DNA of 64,000 bases from Eledone cirrhosa (lineage: Eukaryota): positions 71,610,001 through 71,674,000 of the forward strand of contig OZ024747.1 in NCBI GenBank assembly GCA_964016885.1. Direction: 5' to 3'. Below the pieces are notes generated by a model. That model did not search any database. It saw only the letters and a program-made list of their open reading frames with translations, and was not told where the DNA came from. This document shows positions 40,276 through 53,390 of the stretch, piece after piece; the first letter of the stretch is position 1, and each line of letters starts with the position of its first letter. The position numbers and the translations under genes are program-made.

Positions 40276-40386
40276 TATATATATATATTAATAACTCCGG
40301 AAAACCAAAATCCTGTGGAGTGCTTCTAATCTATTGTAAAACTTTATTCATTGATTTATTCATTGAACCTTGTTAAATTGAACCTT

Positions 40387-40482
<96 letters not shown>

Positions 40483-40654
40483 TATATTACATACAAACAC
40501 ACACACACATACACACACACACATATATATATATAAATCAGGATGGATTCAGTTAGAAACTGGTTAGACCATTACTCACCAGAGTACTCGATGCTTGGTG
40601 TAGTAGAGTATGGTTTGATGAACGAGTCAGGACCCCCACTCATTCATTTATATC

Positions 40655-40716
<62 letters not shown>

Positions 40717-41089
40717 TATATTGTATACATACATACATACATGCTCTGTTATAAAAGTCAACTGCTGGCTCGGTGTCATTGTAGTAAGAAAACTACAAGA
40801 GAAGGAGAATATCTACTGACGGGGTGTTTGTATATCTAGTACCCAAAATACACATTTGGTTCCATACCTGGGCAGGGGGACTGTCAGAGCTACAGTTGGC
40901 AGGTGAACAGTGAACTGCACTGATGGAGGGTAATACCAAGAACCATTAGTGCCTGCAGTTCTGTTTACATGTCAACACAAGAGCAAGGATGAGGGGCTCA
41001 TTCTAATGACATGGCTTTAAAAAATTGGCTCTTTGCATAATTGCAAATGAATCGAATATTATTATTAATATTCGAAAAACTCAGATTAC

Positions 41090-41151
<62 letters not shown>

Positions 41152-41249
41152 AGAGGGAGAAAGAGACGATTATTAGGAAGAAAAATTTTTTTTTTTTCCT
41201 TTTTAATTTCTCTCTCTCTCTCTCTCTTTTTTAATGTCCTACACGAGTG

Positions 41250-41482
41250 AAAGTATAAGGAAAATATCGAAAATGCAACTGGAGTCTTTTTAAGCATATT
41301 TATTTGTTTCCTTTATCGGTTTCACAGTTCTTATGCTTTTCAAAAGTAGAATTGAGATGGAGAGTTTGTGGTTTTTCTCGCATTTTGAAAAGCATAAGAA
41401 CTGTGAAACCAGTAAAGGAAACAAATAAATATTCTTAAAAAGACTCCAGTTGCATTTTTCCAGTTGCATTATTTTCCTTATA
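41250..41482. mobile_element. Head-to-head PLE-type ends (arms about 41253-41345 and 41383-41482) with a U3-A8 variant HHR
   Basis: ttgaaaa-gca..tgt-gaaac-ca-gta-aag; inverted match. Confidence 0.65.
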
Positions 41483-41488
41483 TATATA

Positions 41489-41675
41489 TAAGGGTAGGCT
41501 GAAGGTTCATAAGCCGTCTATGAAGGAGTGGTGCTAGAGCTGTGAAATTTTGCATGCATTAATTCCACCCCTTCTTATTAATAATTGCAGGGACTGTATT
41601 GAAAAATATAAACATCATTTGGTCATTCCATGAGAGTATCTTGGTCAGCCTATGAACTTTTCTGTCGACCATTGA
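41489..41675. mobile_element. Mariner-like MITE (degraded), same family as 54610-54807
   Basis: Shared internal sequence and TIR ggctgaa..gttcata/tatgaacttttc. Confidence 0.6.
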
Positions 41676-41857
41676 GTGTATATGTGTGTGTGTGATAGAG
41701 AGGAAGAGAGAAAGAGAGAGAGAGGGGGAGAGGGAAAAGGAGTTTTGATATTCACAGGAGCATCAGACAAGAACAATTCTTGTCTGATGACCCTGTCATA
41801 AACAGACGAAACTCCAAAGTAACAAGACTCACTAAAATGAAAGCCTCAATGAAATGA

Positions 41858-41961
<104 letters not shown>

Positions 41962-42153
41962 ACTAGCAAACATTCTAATTGATAGTTACTTTATAAAACA
42001 ATCTACTTCTTGTTGGGAATGTACTCATTATCTGGCAATATTTAATTCAGTTATCAAGTAAAAAATTATCGAAGCAAGAAAGATAACTCTAACACATTAG
42101 AATGTAGGGTTATTTACCCTGAAAATAAATTTATTTAGCGATAGAGAAATTTG

Positions 42154-42215
<62 letters not shown>

Positions 42216-42672
42216 TAACAGATTAAAGTTTAAGCAAAGAATCGCTGCTTTCACCCTTAACGGGATCTTCTGAAACTAACAAAGTCAATCTGTAAACGCA
42301 GAAGTGGATATTTCAAAAAACGTTGCAACCGGAGGTAGACAGGAAGACGATACTTTGGTTCGTGGAAACGTTCCTATATATATATTTTATATTATATATA
42401 TATATATTTTATATTATATATATATTTTATATTATATATATATATTTTTTATATTATATATATATATATATTTTATATTATATATATATATATTTTATAT
42501 TATATATATATATATTTTATATTATATATATATATATATTTTATATATATATCTATATATTTTATATTATATATATATATTTTATATATATATCTATATA
42601 TTTTATATTATATATATATATTTTATATATATATATATATATTTTATATTATATATATATATATATTTTATA

Positions 42673-42736
42673 TTAAATGTAAGTATGCATGTATACGTAC
42701 ATACATATATGTATACAGACGTACAGTAGCATGCAC

Positions 42737-42771
<35 letters not shown>

Positions 42772-43102
42772 TATACATATGCATACAGGTACACATACAT
42801 ATATGCACGTATCAGTTTAGCGGCGCTAACGTCGCTTTGTTCGTTAATTTTCATAAGGAAAGTATATACTTTCGAACGTTCAACTATCTGGCAGATGGGT
42901 AAACGGTGCTGATGATAGCTAACAAGCTTGAAACTAGTACATCGTTCCTGTGTCAGTGTTGAACAAAAAGGTGACGTGGTTGCCTTAACACCGTATGGCA
43001 TAAATTCAGGCTGTTCAGTTTGTTTACAAACGAACAAAGCGACGTTAGCGCCGCTAAACTGATACGTGCATATATGTATGTGTACCTGTATGCATATGTA
43101 TA

Positions 43103-43137
<35 letters not shown>

Positions 43138-43255
43138 GTGCATGCTACTGTACGTCTGTATACATATATGTATGTACGTATACATGCATACTTACATTTA
43201 AGTAAGTGCCATACTAAGAGTGAGAAATGAAATTTCGTTTTCATTTTGTTTCAAT
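42673..43255. mobile_element. Head-to-head element (arms about 42673-42845 and 43029-43201) with a central HHR
   Basis: Near-perfect inverted arms; gtg-ctgatga-tagct..agctt-gaaac-ta-gta-cat at 42906-42942. Confidence 0.75.
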
Positions 43256-43298
43256 TTATTTTATATTATATATATATATATTTTATATTATATATATA

Positions 43299-43359
<61 letters not shown>

Positions 43360-43393
43360 ATATATATATATATTTTATATTATATATATATTT

Positions 43394-43438
<45 letters not shown>

Positions 43439-43454
43439 ATATATATATATATTT

Positions 43455-43504
<50 letters not shown>

Positions 43505-43513
<9 letters not shown>

Positions 43514-43989
43514 TAAACGGAATAGAAAATGCTGACAAATTGTTCACAGTTGAAAAATGGTTTAATTAGGAATAAAAGAGTATTAGTGATTGTATGGGTT
43601 AGTATTCAGTTGTGGTTTTAAGTTTTTAAGTTTTTACCGGTTGCGCATTTCTAAATGCTTTTCAAAAATAATTTTGAGATAGAGTGTCCGTGCTGTTTGC
43701 TCTGTTCTGATTAGTTTTGGGAATTCTACCTGTTTTTATGTTAAAAAAATGGCTCCAGCGTTATTTTTGTGTTGTAAAAATGCTTGTGGTCAAAACAATT
43801 TTGATTGGTCGGTAGAGGTCATGTGAATGTAAAAAGTTGATTTTGCGCCAAGACTGTTTTTATGTTAAAATGTTAGAAAAGTGGCTCCAGCAAAGATTAT
43901 GGTCAAAACAATTTTGATTGGTCGGTAGAGGTCATGTGGATAAAAAATTGGTTTTGCGCCAAGATTGAGAAATGACTCTTTCACAACAA

Positions 43990-44061
<72 letters not shown>

Positions 44062-44130
44062 TAGTAGTAGTAAGGTATTCGATGCTGCGACAATAGCCAC
44101 CAGCGATGTGTGTCAAATGGCTATTAAGAT

Positions 44131-44164
<34 letters not shown>

Positions 44165-45123
44165 ACACACACACAGCAGAGTCATTCGAAGGTCAAAAGA
44201 TATTTTTCAGCTTTTGTCTTATACGGAGAAGTGCGCTGCATCACTAATTGACAATGGAATCCAACGTGCCCTAAAACTCAGTACCCAGGACCTTAGACAC
44301 CCTAAAGTAAATCAACCAAAACTAAAAGCTCTTCCATACATCTCCACACACAACCCCCTCAACAACGAGGCCTTTGACACCATCCTCCAGAACATCCCTG
44401 TATTGAAAAAGGACCATAGAATGAACCAAATTCTACGAACACACGATATCATAAAAAGCAAAAGACAATCCAAGTCAATGAAAAACATCTTAACACATGC
44501 CAAAGTACTGCCAACCACAACAACGAAACCCACAGTAAAAAAATGCGATAGACCCAACTGTGGCATTTGCATCAACCTAATAGAGGGTTCGGAATTCTAT
44601 TTCAAAGATGGACAACGTTTTATAGTAAAACACAATTTCACATGTGCATCGGAAAATTTAATATATGTATTAACTTGTTCAGGTTGTCGAGAACAATACA
44701 TAGGCCAGACCAAAAACAGCCTCCGCCAACGCATGACTGTCCATAGATCCCAAATTAAAATACGGGAATACAGGAAAATACCACTGAGTGAACACATTGA
44801 TACCTGCGCCGCCCAAAATCATCCCAACTTCAGAATCTTTCCCCTCTACAAATTTAAAGATAATGCCACCCACACCCAGCGCATCAGCAAGGAATCTTAC
44901 TTCATTAACAAATACGGACCCCGTCTAAACACTTCTCCCTAAGACGAACCCACAACATACACACGTCAACATACATACCTACATCAGCACACATCTCTAC
45001 CCACATATAAACACAATGACACACGTAAACACACATGCTCTATGGTGCAATACAAAAAAATATATGTGCATATATATGTATGTATATATGTATATATGTA
45101 TATATATGTGTGTAGTGAAAATG

Positions 45124-45168
<45 letters not shown>

Positions 45169-45373
45169 ATAGTGAATATCATTTCACACCTTTTATTGTT
45201 AAGATTGTTGATGTTCTATTAAGAGAACCGATTTTACTGAAAAAATCGAATAATGTACACCATTTTACCAGGGGGGGGGAAAAAATACTGGTCCACCCAC
45301 ACACGCACACACACGCACGCACACATGTATACGCAGACACATACACACGCGTACATCAACATACAAAGAGACT

Positions 45374-45404
<31 letters not shown>

Positions 45405-45476
45405 GCGCACTTCTCCGTATAAGACAAAAGCTGAAAAATATCTTTTGACCTTCGAATGACTCTGCTGTGTGTGTGT

Positions 45477-45510
<34 letters not shown>

Positions 45511-45579
45511 ATCTTAATAGCCATTTGACACACATCGCTGGTGGCTATTGTCGCAGCATCGAATACCTTACTACTACTA

Positions 45580-45655
<76 letters not shown>

Positions 45656-46174
45656 TTGTTGTGAAAGAGTCATTTCTCAATCTTGGCGCAAAACCAATTT
45701 TTTATCCACATGACCTCTACCGACCAATCAAAATTGTTTTGACCATAATCTTTGCTGGAGCCACTTTTCTAACATTTTAACATAAAAACAGTCTTGGCGC
45801 AAAATCAACTTTTTACATTCACATGACCTCTACCGACCAATCAAAATTGTTTTGACCACAAGCATTTTTACAACACAAAAATAACGCTGGAGCCATTTTT
45901 TTAACATAAAAACAGGTAGAATTCCCAAAACTAATCAGAACAGAGCAAACAGCACGGACACTCTATCTCAAAATTATTTTTGAAAAGCATTTAGAAATGC
46001 GCAACCGGTAAAAACTTAAAAACTTAAAACCACAACTGAATACTAACCCATACAATCACTAATACTCTTTTATTCCTAATTAAACCATTTTTCAACTGTG
46101 AACAATTTGTCAGCATTTTCTATTCCGTTTACCAATATATAATAACTTGTGTGTTACACCTCTATTCTTTTAAC

Positions 46175-46175
<1 letters not shown>
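43505..46175 (+). mobile_element. 5'-truncated Neptune-like PLE with an inverted pLTR of about 730 bp (arms 43505-44236 and 45405-46140) and a 3' tail of about 35 nt
   Basis: GIY-YIG ORF end between near-identical inverted arms; (TA)n flanks. Confidence 0.92.
44237..44942 (+). pseudogene. PLE linker Cys motif plus GIY-YIG endonuclease (Neptune type), N-terminally truncated
   Basis: CDRPNCGIC..FTCASENLIYVLTCSGCREQYIGQT..LRQRM..H..R..KE..FI..P.LN; uninterrupted frame. Confidence 0.92.
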
Positions 46176-46205
<30 letters not shown>

Positions 46206-46291
46206 AAGTACCAGAAATGCACTGGGTAATTGCTGGCCTTGTGCCTAAAGTAGAAACAATTATATATATATGTATATATTTTATATATATA

Positions 46292-46374
<83 letters not shown>

Positions 46375-46717
46375 ATCTTTCGTCTCTTACCTCTTTGCAC
46401 AGGGTTTGGCTTACGTCAGACGCTGTGACCTCGGGTGGACCAGCAGTACCGTTGGTAGGGGTCGAAACTGCCTAAGTCCATCTCAACGGCCGATGACCCT
46501 GGTGTTCTGAGTCCTTCATTTGTATAAATATATATTTTTTATAATTTTTAAGGTTTCCCCTATATATATATATAACGCGCTTGGATCTAGCTGTCGAAAC
46601 GGCTGGAGCTCAGCCATCGGGGTCCTGAATCTCTTCATATTACCCACTCTACTTAACCCAAGTATCGAGTGCTCTGGTGCATTATGGTCTACCTGGTATC
46701 TTACCACACCCTCTCTG

Positions 46718-46763
<46 letters not shown>

Positions 46764-46798
46764 AAATATGTGTGTGTGTGTATATATATATATTTGTG

Positions 46799-46870
<72 letters not shown>

Positions 46871-47327
46871 CTGCCCACCGTTATTTGATATTTTATGACG
46901 GTGCCCCAGCATGGCCTCTACCTGTCGGCTAGAACACGTAATACAGTAATAAAATATATACATATATACATAAGTAAGAACGAAGTATCAATTTTGCATC
47001 TTGTACATGACTAAAATATACACAGGATTCTAAATAGATACTTCGTTCGTACTTATTAATCTCTGCTTGTGACAGATACCGAAGCCAGCTCTCAAACAAG
47101 AACGAGTCCTACTTCAACTACCATATCCATGAAATAACATTGAGTGCTTAAACCGGTGAACCATCAATAACTGAACGTCACACACCAAACAACTATATAC
47201 CCAATGTATGTGTATACAGATATATCTTTATATATATATATTGCTTCTCTTCTTCCTCTCTTTCCGTTGCTATTGTCATCTCTGTTTGTTTACATGTCTC
47301 GCTTTCTCCACCCAATTCCACCTGTCC

Positions 47328-47424
47328 CAATAACGTTGTTTAGTTATTGCTCGCACCAGCCAGAGGAGGTATCTGGTCTTTAATGCGAAGAAATACCAAT
47401 GATGGCTGGAAGATCACTGATGAT
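47328..47424 (+). ncRNA. Non-circularly permuted hammerhead-like ribozyme (best copy) within a PLE-type 3' end, about 47240-47510
   Basis: ggtat-c-tggtctt (47368-47380), a-gaaatacc (47389-47397), aagatca-ctgatga-t (47410-47424); tcgca/tgcga; ccagcca/tggctgg. Confidence 0.72.
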
Positions 47425-47507
47425 GGACAGTCCTGTCTTCTTGTTCTAATTTTATTCATATGTATCCCATTTGCAACAACGCAGCACGCCATTTTTCATA
47501 TATTCAG

Positions 47508-47600
<93 letters not shown>

Positions 47601-48060
47601 GTATATATATATATATATATAGTTTCTCTTTCTGTATGATGACTTGATATCTCTCTGTTGCTTTCCTTTGTTTTTCTTATTCCTTCCTTTTCTTTCTTTT
47701 TTATTTCCTCCTATCTTTATCTATCTCTTTCTTTTCTCCATACATTTCTCTCTCCGATATTTCTCCAGGTTTTCTTTCTCTTTTCTTTCTATCTCTCTGT
47801 CTTTGTTCTTTTCTCTTTCTTTCTCTCCGTCTTTTTCTAATTGTGCTTAACACTATGACTTATTATATAAACAAATCACTATCCAGACAGCCTCCAAAAG
47901 TAATGGTTGTATTTTAAAGGGTACGTCAAACCTATTTGTAAAACTGTTATATATTGTATTTTGTCTGATAAAGGCATACCATAATTTAATGTGGTATCCC
48001 TGAATTATGTATAAGGAAATAAATATGGTTTTATAAATATAGTTTCCATTTATTAATATC

Positions 48061-48119
<59 letters not shown>

Positions 48120-48286
48120 GAAACACACAGATACATGCGGACACACACATATATACATGAATGCATCCGCACCCAACTGTGAGTTAAGGGTGCCAACTTC
48201 ACCGATGTTGCTCAATGAATGACTGGGACAGACCAATTCAGTTTGAACTAGACTGAACCAGTATCAGAGTTAAAAATACATTATGA

Positions 48287-48985
48287 AGAGAGAAGAAACA
48301 TTTAGATATAATTAGTAATAAAATGTATCATACCCAAACTGTTCCTAAATTCCTCGACTACGTAGTTTCGTGGCATAAACAAAAACAATATATCAAAGAT
48401 ATAGAGTCCTTGCGAGGTCTGCCGACTTATCAAGAGGATACCTCATTTTACTAGTCTCAAGAACGCGTCTACACGACGTGAGAAAGAATCCCAAAAGGCG
48501 GAGGGGGAGATAGTCACGCGATATAACGGTCGAGAAACAGAGCTAAGCCTCTTATAACCACGAAGAAAATACCACGGAGGCGGAAGGGGTATTCATATCG
48601 AGGCCGCAGAAGAGGTAGTGAAGAAGGCGAGAAGTATGAGTAATGGAAGCTTTCCAGTTGTCCCCACACTTCAAAGATTGCTCGACCAGAGGGAGTTATT
48701 AATATATTTAGAAACACTATAAGAGGCTTAGCTCTGTTTCTCGACCGTTATATCGCGTGACTATCTCCCCCTCCGCCTTTTGGGATTCTTTCTCACGTCG
48801 TGTAGACGCGTTCTTGAGACTAGTAAAATGAGGTATCCTCTTGATAAGTCGGCAGACCTCGCAAGGACTCTATATCTTTGATATATTGTTTTTGTTTATG
48901 CCACGAAACTACGTAGTCGAGGAATTTAGGAACAGTTTGGGTATGATACATTTTATTACTAATTATATCTAAATGTTTCTTCTCT

Positions 48986-48988
<3 letters not shown>
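48287..48988. mobile_element. Head-to-head element with perfect arms of about 270 bp (48287-48556 and 48718-48988)
   Basis: Direct inverted match; the right end abuts (TA)n; both arms contain an HHR. Confidence 0.8.
48837..48922 (+). ncRNA. Type I hammerhead with U3-A8 compensatory core
   Basis: cctc-ttgataa-gt(c)ggca...tgccac-gaaac-tacgta-gtc-gagg. Confidence 0.75.
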
Positions 48989-49030
<42 letters not shown>

Positions 49031-49358
49031 TTAGAGCAAACATCACGAGCGCTCTATCTCAAAATTATTTTTGAAAAGCATTAGAAATGCGCAACCGGTA
49101 AAAACTGAATACTAACCAATACTTATTCCTAATTAAACTATTTTTCACTGGGAAAAATTTATCTGCATTTTCTTTTCCTTTTTACTAATATATATATATG
49201 AAATAGTTCTAGTCCTGTAGAAGCCAGTTCTATATTAAAAATGTATACTCTGCTATGTATTGAGTACCTTAATGTGGTTACTCCCGATTGAACCCGTGTG
49301 TGTGTGTGTGTGTGTATGTGTGTGTGTGTGTCCAGAAGTCGCAAGAGTGGGAGGGATC

Positions 49359-49396
49359 TTCCTGATGAGAAACAGCTAAGTTCGAAATGCATCGAC
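49359..49396 (+). ncRNA. Minimal hammerhead motif
   Basis: ctgatga-gaa..ttc-gaaa-tgc-atc; palindromic atgcat stem III; stem I is imperfect. Confidence 0.55.
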
Positions 49397-49562
49397 GATT
49401 GTCCCCCTTGCTTCTGTTGGACACCACCAGAGGGTGATAGCCCCGGTGTTTTTTGCAAAGCTACGGCTTTCTAAATGTTTATCTATAAACATAGCGTGTT
49501 TCTTTAGAAATATGAAATTCCTATACATCTCTGTATACAGCTATGCCTAAAGCTAGTTCTAT

Positions 49563-49723
<161 letters not shown>

Positions 49724-50714
49724 GTAGTTTGTGGTATATGAAAAGTGAGTATGTTTAGGAAGCCGTTATAATGCATGTGGTTTTGAAATACCAACGCAAG
49801 TTCGAAGAGAATTGAGAGAGGAGAGGTAGAATACAATGAGTAGGAGGACGGAAATTAAAAAGACAAGAATGATTGATTGTCACCTTAGTAATTCATCCGT
49901 CCCAATATTTCGGATATTCCGTCCATTATCAAGGACGATCTATCGGGGAAAACCTAGCAGAAATCGGAGATTGTTTTTCCTAGTGTCTAAGAGTTGTGTC
50001 TCTCTATGTTCGGAGTTCAAATGTCGCTTTCAAACTTCGATGATATAAATATTAGTAAGATACAATGGCCGATTTAATCGACTACCTCCTCCTCAAATGC
50101 TCATGAGAGCAAGCATATAAGAAAAAGATAAGGAAGAAAATAGTACACGAAAATAAATTAAAATCTGTATCGCCCGAGGAGTGTATTTAAAAATTCGATG
50201 TAATACTTAACATAATGTTTATGGATTATATAATTTGTATTTTAATTTAATCAATGTTTACTCAAAAATCAATGTTGTAACATACCTATTCAGTCTCTTC
50301 TCTCTCATGATTTTTATTAAATACAAGTAGACGATATATATATACATATATATACATACATATATATGCACATGCTCAAGTAGAGCTCTTTTTACAATAA
50401 GGTTCTTTTTTCCATTTCAGGTAGACACTCTCCATCATCCACTTTTCTAAAAAAATAAATCATACACAAAACGCCAGCACCAACAGTTTTGCAAGAGATG
50501 TCAACATGAATGGACCTGTTATTTTTATCTAAAGACATTTTCTCCAATTCCATCTCGCCCGTCCCCTCAATCTATCTTATTTCTCATTCTTTCTTCTGAT
50601 GAAGGACTAGCGTCCGAAACGTTAAGACCCTCTTCCTACTATATCAAGCGTTAACCTAATATATCACTTCCATATACTGTACCGATTGTGATGTTATTTC
50701 TGTTTACCTTTTAC

Positions 50715-50761
<47 letters not shown>

Positions 50762-50764
50762 TAA

Positions 50765-50833
<69 letters not shown>

Positions 50834-50904
50834 AATGTATGTATATATACGTATATATGTATATATATGTATGTATATATGTATATATATATATATATAT
50901 ATAA

Positions 50905-50976
<72 letters not shown>

Positions 50977-51271
50977 GTATATATATATATATATGTGTAC
51001 CAACGGTATATATCAAAGGTATATATCAAAGGTATATATATAAATGTATATATATATATATATCAACGGTATATATCAAAGGTATATATCAAAGGTATAT
51101 ATATAAATGTATATATATATATATGTATCAAAGGTATATATCAAAGGTATATATATTGAGTTAGGAACTCAAAATAGTCTCTTACAACAAAATAGCTCTA
51201 AGAAAGAGATATTTCCGAGCCGTATATTACAATAGAATATAAAAGAATAACGAACACAGACATATACAAAG

Positions 51272-52665
51272 CGCAATTTGGGAGACTGCAGCAGTCCGTC
51301 TTGCCAGAAAAGAACGGCGCAATGCTGAACGTGAGTACAAACTTCACAAATCAGACATTAATAGGAAGAGGCGAAATAGATCGTCCAACCACCTCAAACA
51401 GGTGACAAAAAAGGCAGTGCTTCAATTTGAGCAGCGCATAGCAACCAGCCCTGACAGTAAGGTGTTCTGGAAGTATGTTCACTCAAAGCAGAGGCCTCAC
51501 TCTCCAGTTGGTCCTCTTCGCAATCCCCACACAAGCCAGGTTACTGACGACCCCAAGGAATGCGCAGAGCTCATTGCTGAATGCTATGCAGGCATTTTCA
51601 CCATTGAAGACCAGAATGTACCATCTCCACCACCTATGACACCGGACTCTATTACAACCATGGAATTTACACCTGCAATGCTGCGACGTCACCTAAAAAA
51701 TAAACGCAACCATGCCTCTCCTGGTCTTGATGGTGTTACGTACCTGCTTCTTAAACGTGGTGGGTACTTCCTTCTACACCAGTTATCACGCTTCTTCCAA
51801 TTCTGTCTGAACAACAGTGCTACTCCAGAACAGTGGAAAACTGCCAGTGTAATTCCTCTGTTCAAAAAGGGTGACCGCACATCACCTGTGAACTATCGTC
51901 CAGTCAGTCTTACTAGTTGCATCGCCAAACTGATGGAATCCTGTGTCAGAGAAACACTTTGGAACTTCTGGAGCTCTCACAGTCTTATCCGGCCCTCGCA
52001 ATTTGGATTTATCCCCAACTCCAGCTGCTGTGATCAACTTATAGAGTTTCTTGAGGACATCACCCGGATCACTGATGGCGGCTCATGGGTGGATGTTGTT
52101 TACCTTGACTTTGCGAAGGCCTTCAATTCTGTGCCACACAAAAGGCTTATGGCAAAACTCTCTGCAATGGGTGTGAAGGATGATCTTTTTAACTGGTTGA
52201 AGTCCTTCATTCTCAGTCGAAGAGAGGTAGTCACGGTTCTGGGACAGCATTCATCACCATATGAGATGTCATCTGGTGTACCTCAGGGATCTGTTCTTGG
52301 CCCCCTTTTGTTTGTGGCATATATTAATGACATAGATGCCAACTTAAGGAATGCCACAGTACTAAAGTACGCAGACGACATCAAGCTGTACCTTGAGATA
52401 AAAAGGACATATCCTGAACACTATAGATCTTGCTTGCAGTCTGACCTGGACACAATGCAACAGTGGATCTCAAACTGGCAACTCAAGCTAGCTGTGGACA
52501 AGTGCACCACCATGCATTTTGGGAGTAAAAACCCAGCGTCCACATACTCCCTCCACAGCACTAATATCAAGAAGTCTTCCTGTGAACGTGACCTGGGCAT
52601 TACGGTCAGCAGCGATTTGCGTTGGACGAGGCACGTCTCTAAAATTGTCAAGAGGGCCGAGGGTG
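51272..52665 (+). mobile_element. CR1-like LINE ORF2 fragment (RT domain), truncated at both ends
   Basis: SPGLDG, PLFKKG..NYRPVSLTS, QFGF, VDVVYLDFAKAFNSVPH, SGVPQGSVLGPLLF, KYADD, ERDLGI. Open frame; similarity stops at IVKRAEGV. Confidence 0.92.
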
Positions 52666-53219
52666 TGCAGGGTGGGGGACTTTTGGACATCCTTTGGGCA
52701 GATGAACTCTTCAGAGTTAATGTTTATCATCATCATCATCATCGTTTAACGTCCATCTTCCACACTTGCATGGGTTTATATATATATGTTTGTATAGAGT
52801 CAGTAGGCCCAACTAAATTCTGACTTGGTCTGAGATAACCCATCGAACCCTTGATAATAGGGGAAACAGATATTAAATTATTATTATCATTATGATTTAT
52901 ATATATATATATATATATACATACATATCATTATCATCATCATCATAATTATAATCATCATTTAACAGCCCTTGTCCTTGCTAACATGTGTTGCCTGGGT
53001 CGTCCTGAGTCGGTAGTGAAGCAGATCTATTAACCTAATAGGGGAGCTGGGGGCTTCCATCTCACTTATGTTTCTGCACTCTGGTGCTTACAAAAGGTTC
53101 CCACACTCTACAGAGTGCATTTTATAGTATCACCAGTACCAGGGAGGTTGTCATGTTTTTGAAACAGCTGAAGAGTCCTCCGAATAGTTAAAGTCTACAG
53201 CATTCCATTATCTATACAT

Positions 53220-53390
53220 ACTACCAGAATGCCCTGTGGTGCCCAAGCTGAAAAGTACCTATAAATGTACCGGAATTGTTTTTAGAGAAGGTATATTCAG
53301 GGGATTTCTCTGGAAAGGTTAGCTTTCACTTAAGAAATCAATTTTTTTTTTCCAAAATGTTTAGAACATTCCAGTAGCTATGCAGTCACT
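53220..53390 (-). mobile_element. Old Helitron-like 3' fragment; inverted sibling at about 54900-55073
   Basis: Shared sequence of about 170 bp; the sibling ends cttgggcaatacagagtattctgCTAG. Confidence 0.5.

Noticed and set aside
49830-50080. Possible promoter or first exon in unique sequence
   Set aside because: The only candidate ATG frame closes quickly, and there is no supportable motif.
52666-52823. C-terminal extension of the 473-aa RT ORF including HHHHH
   Set aside because: Read-through past the truncation point into flanking (CAT)n sequence.
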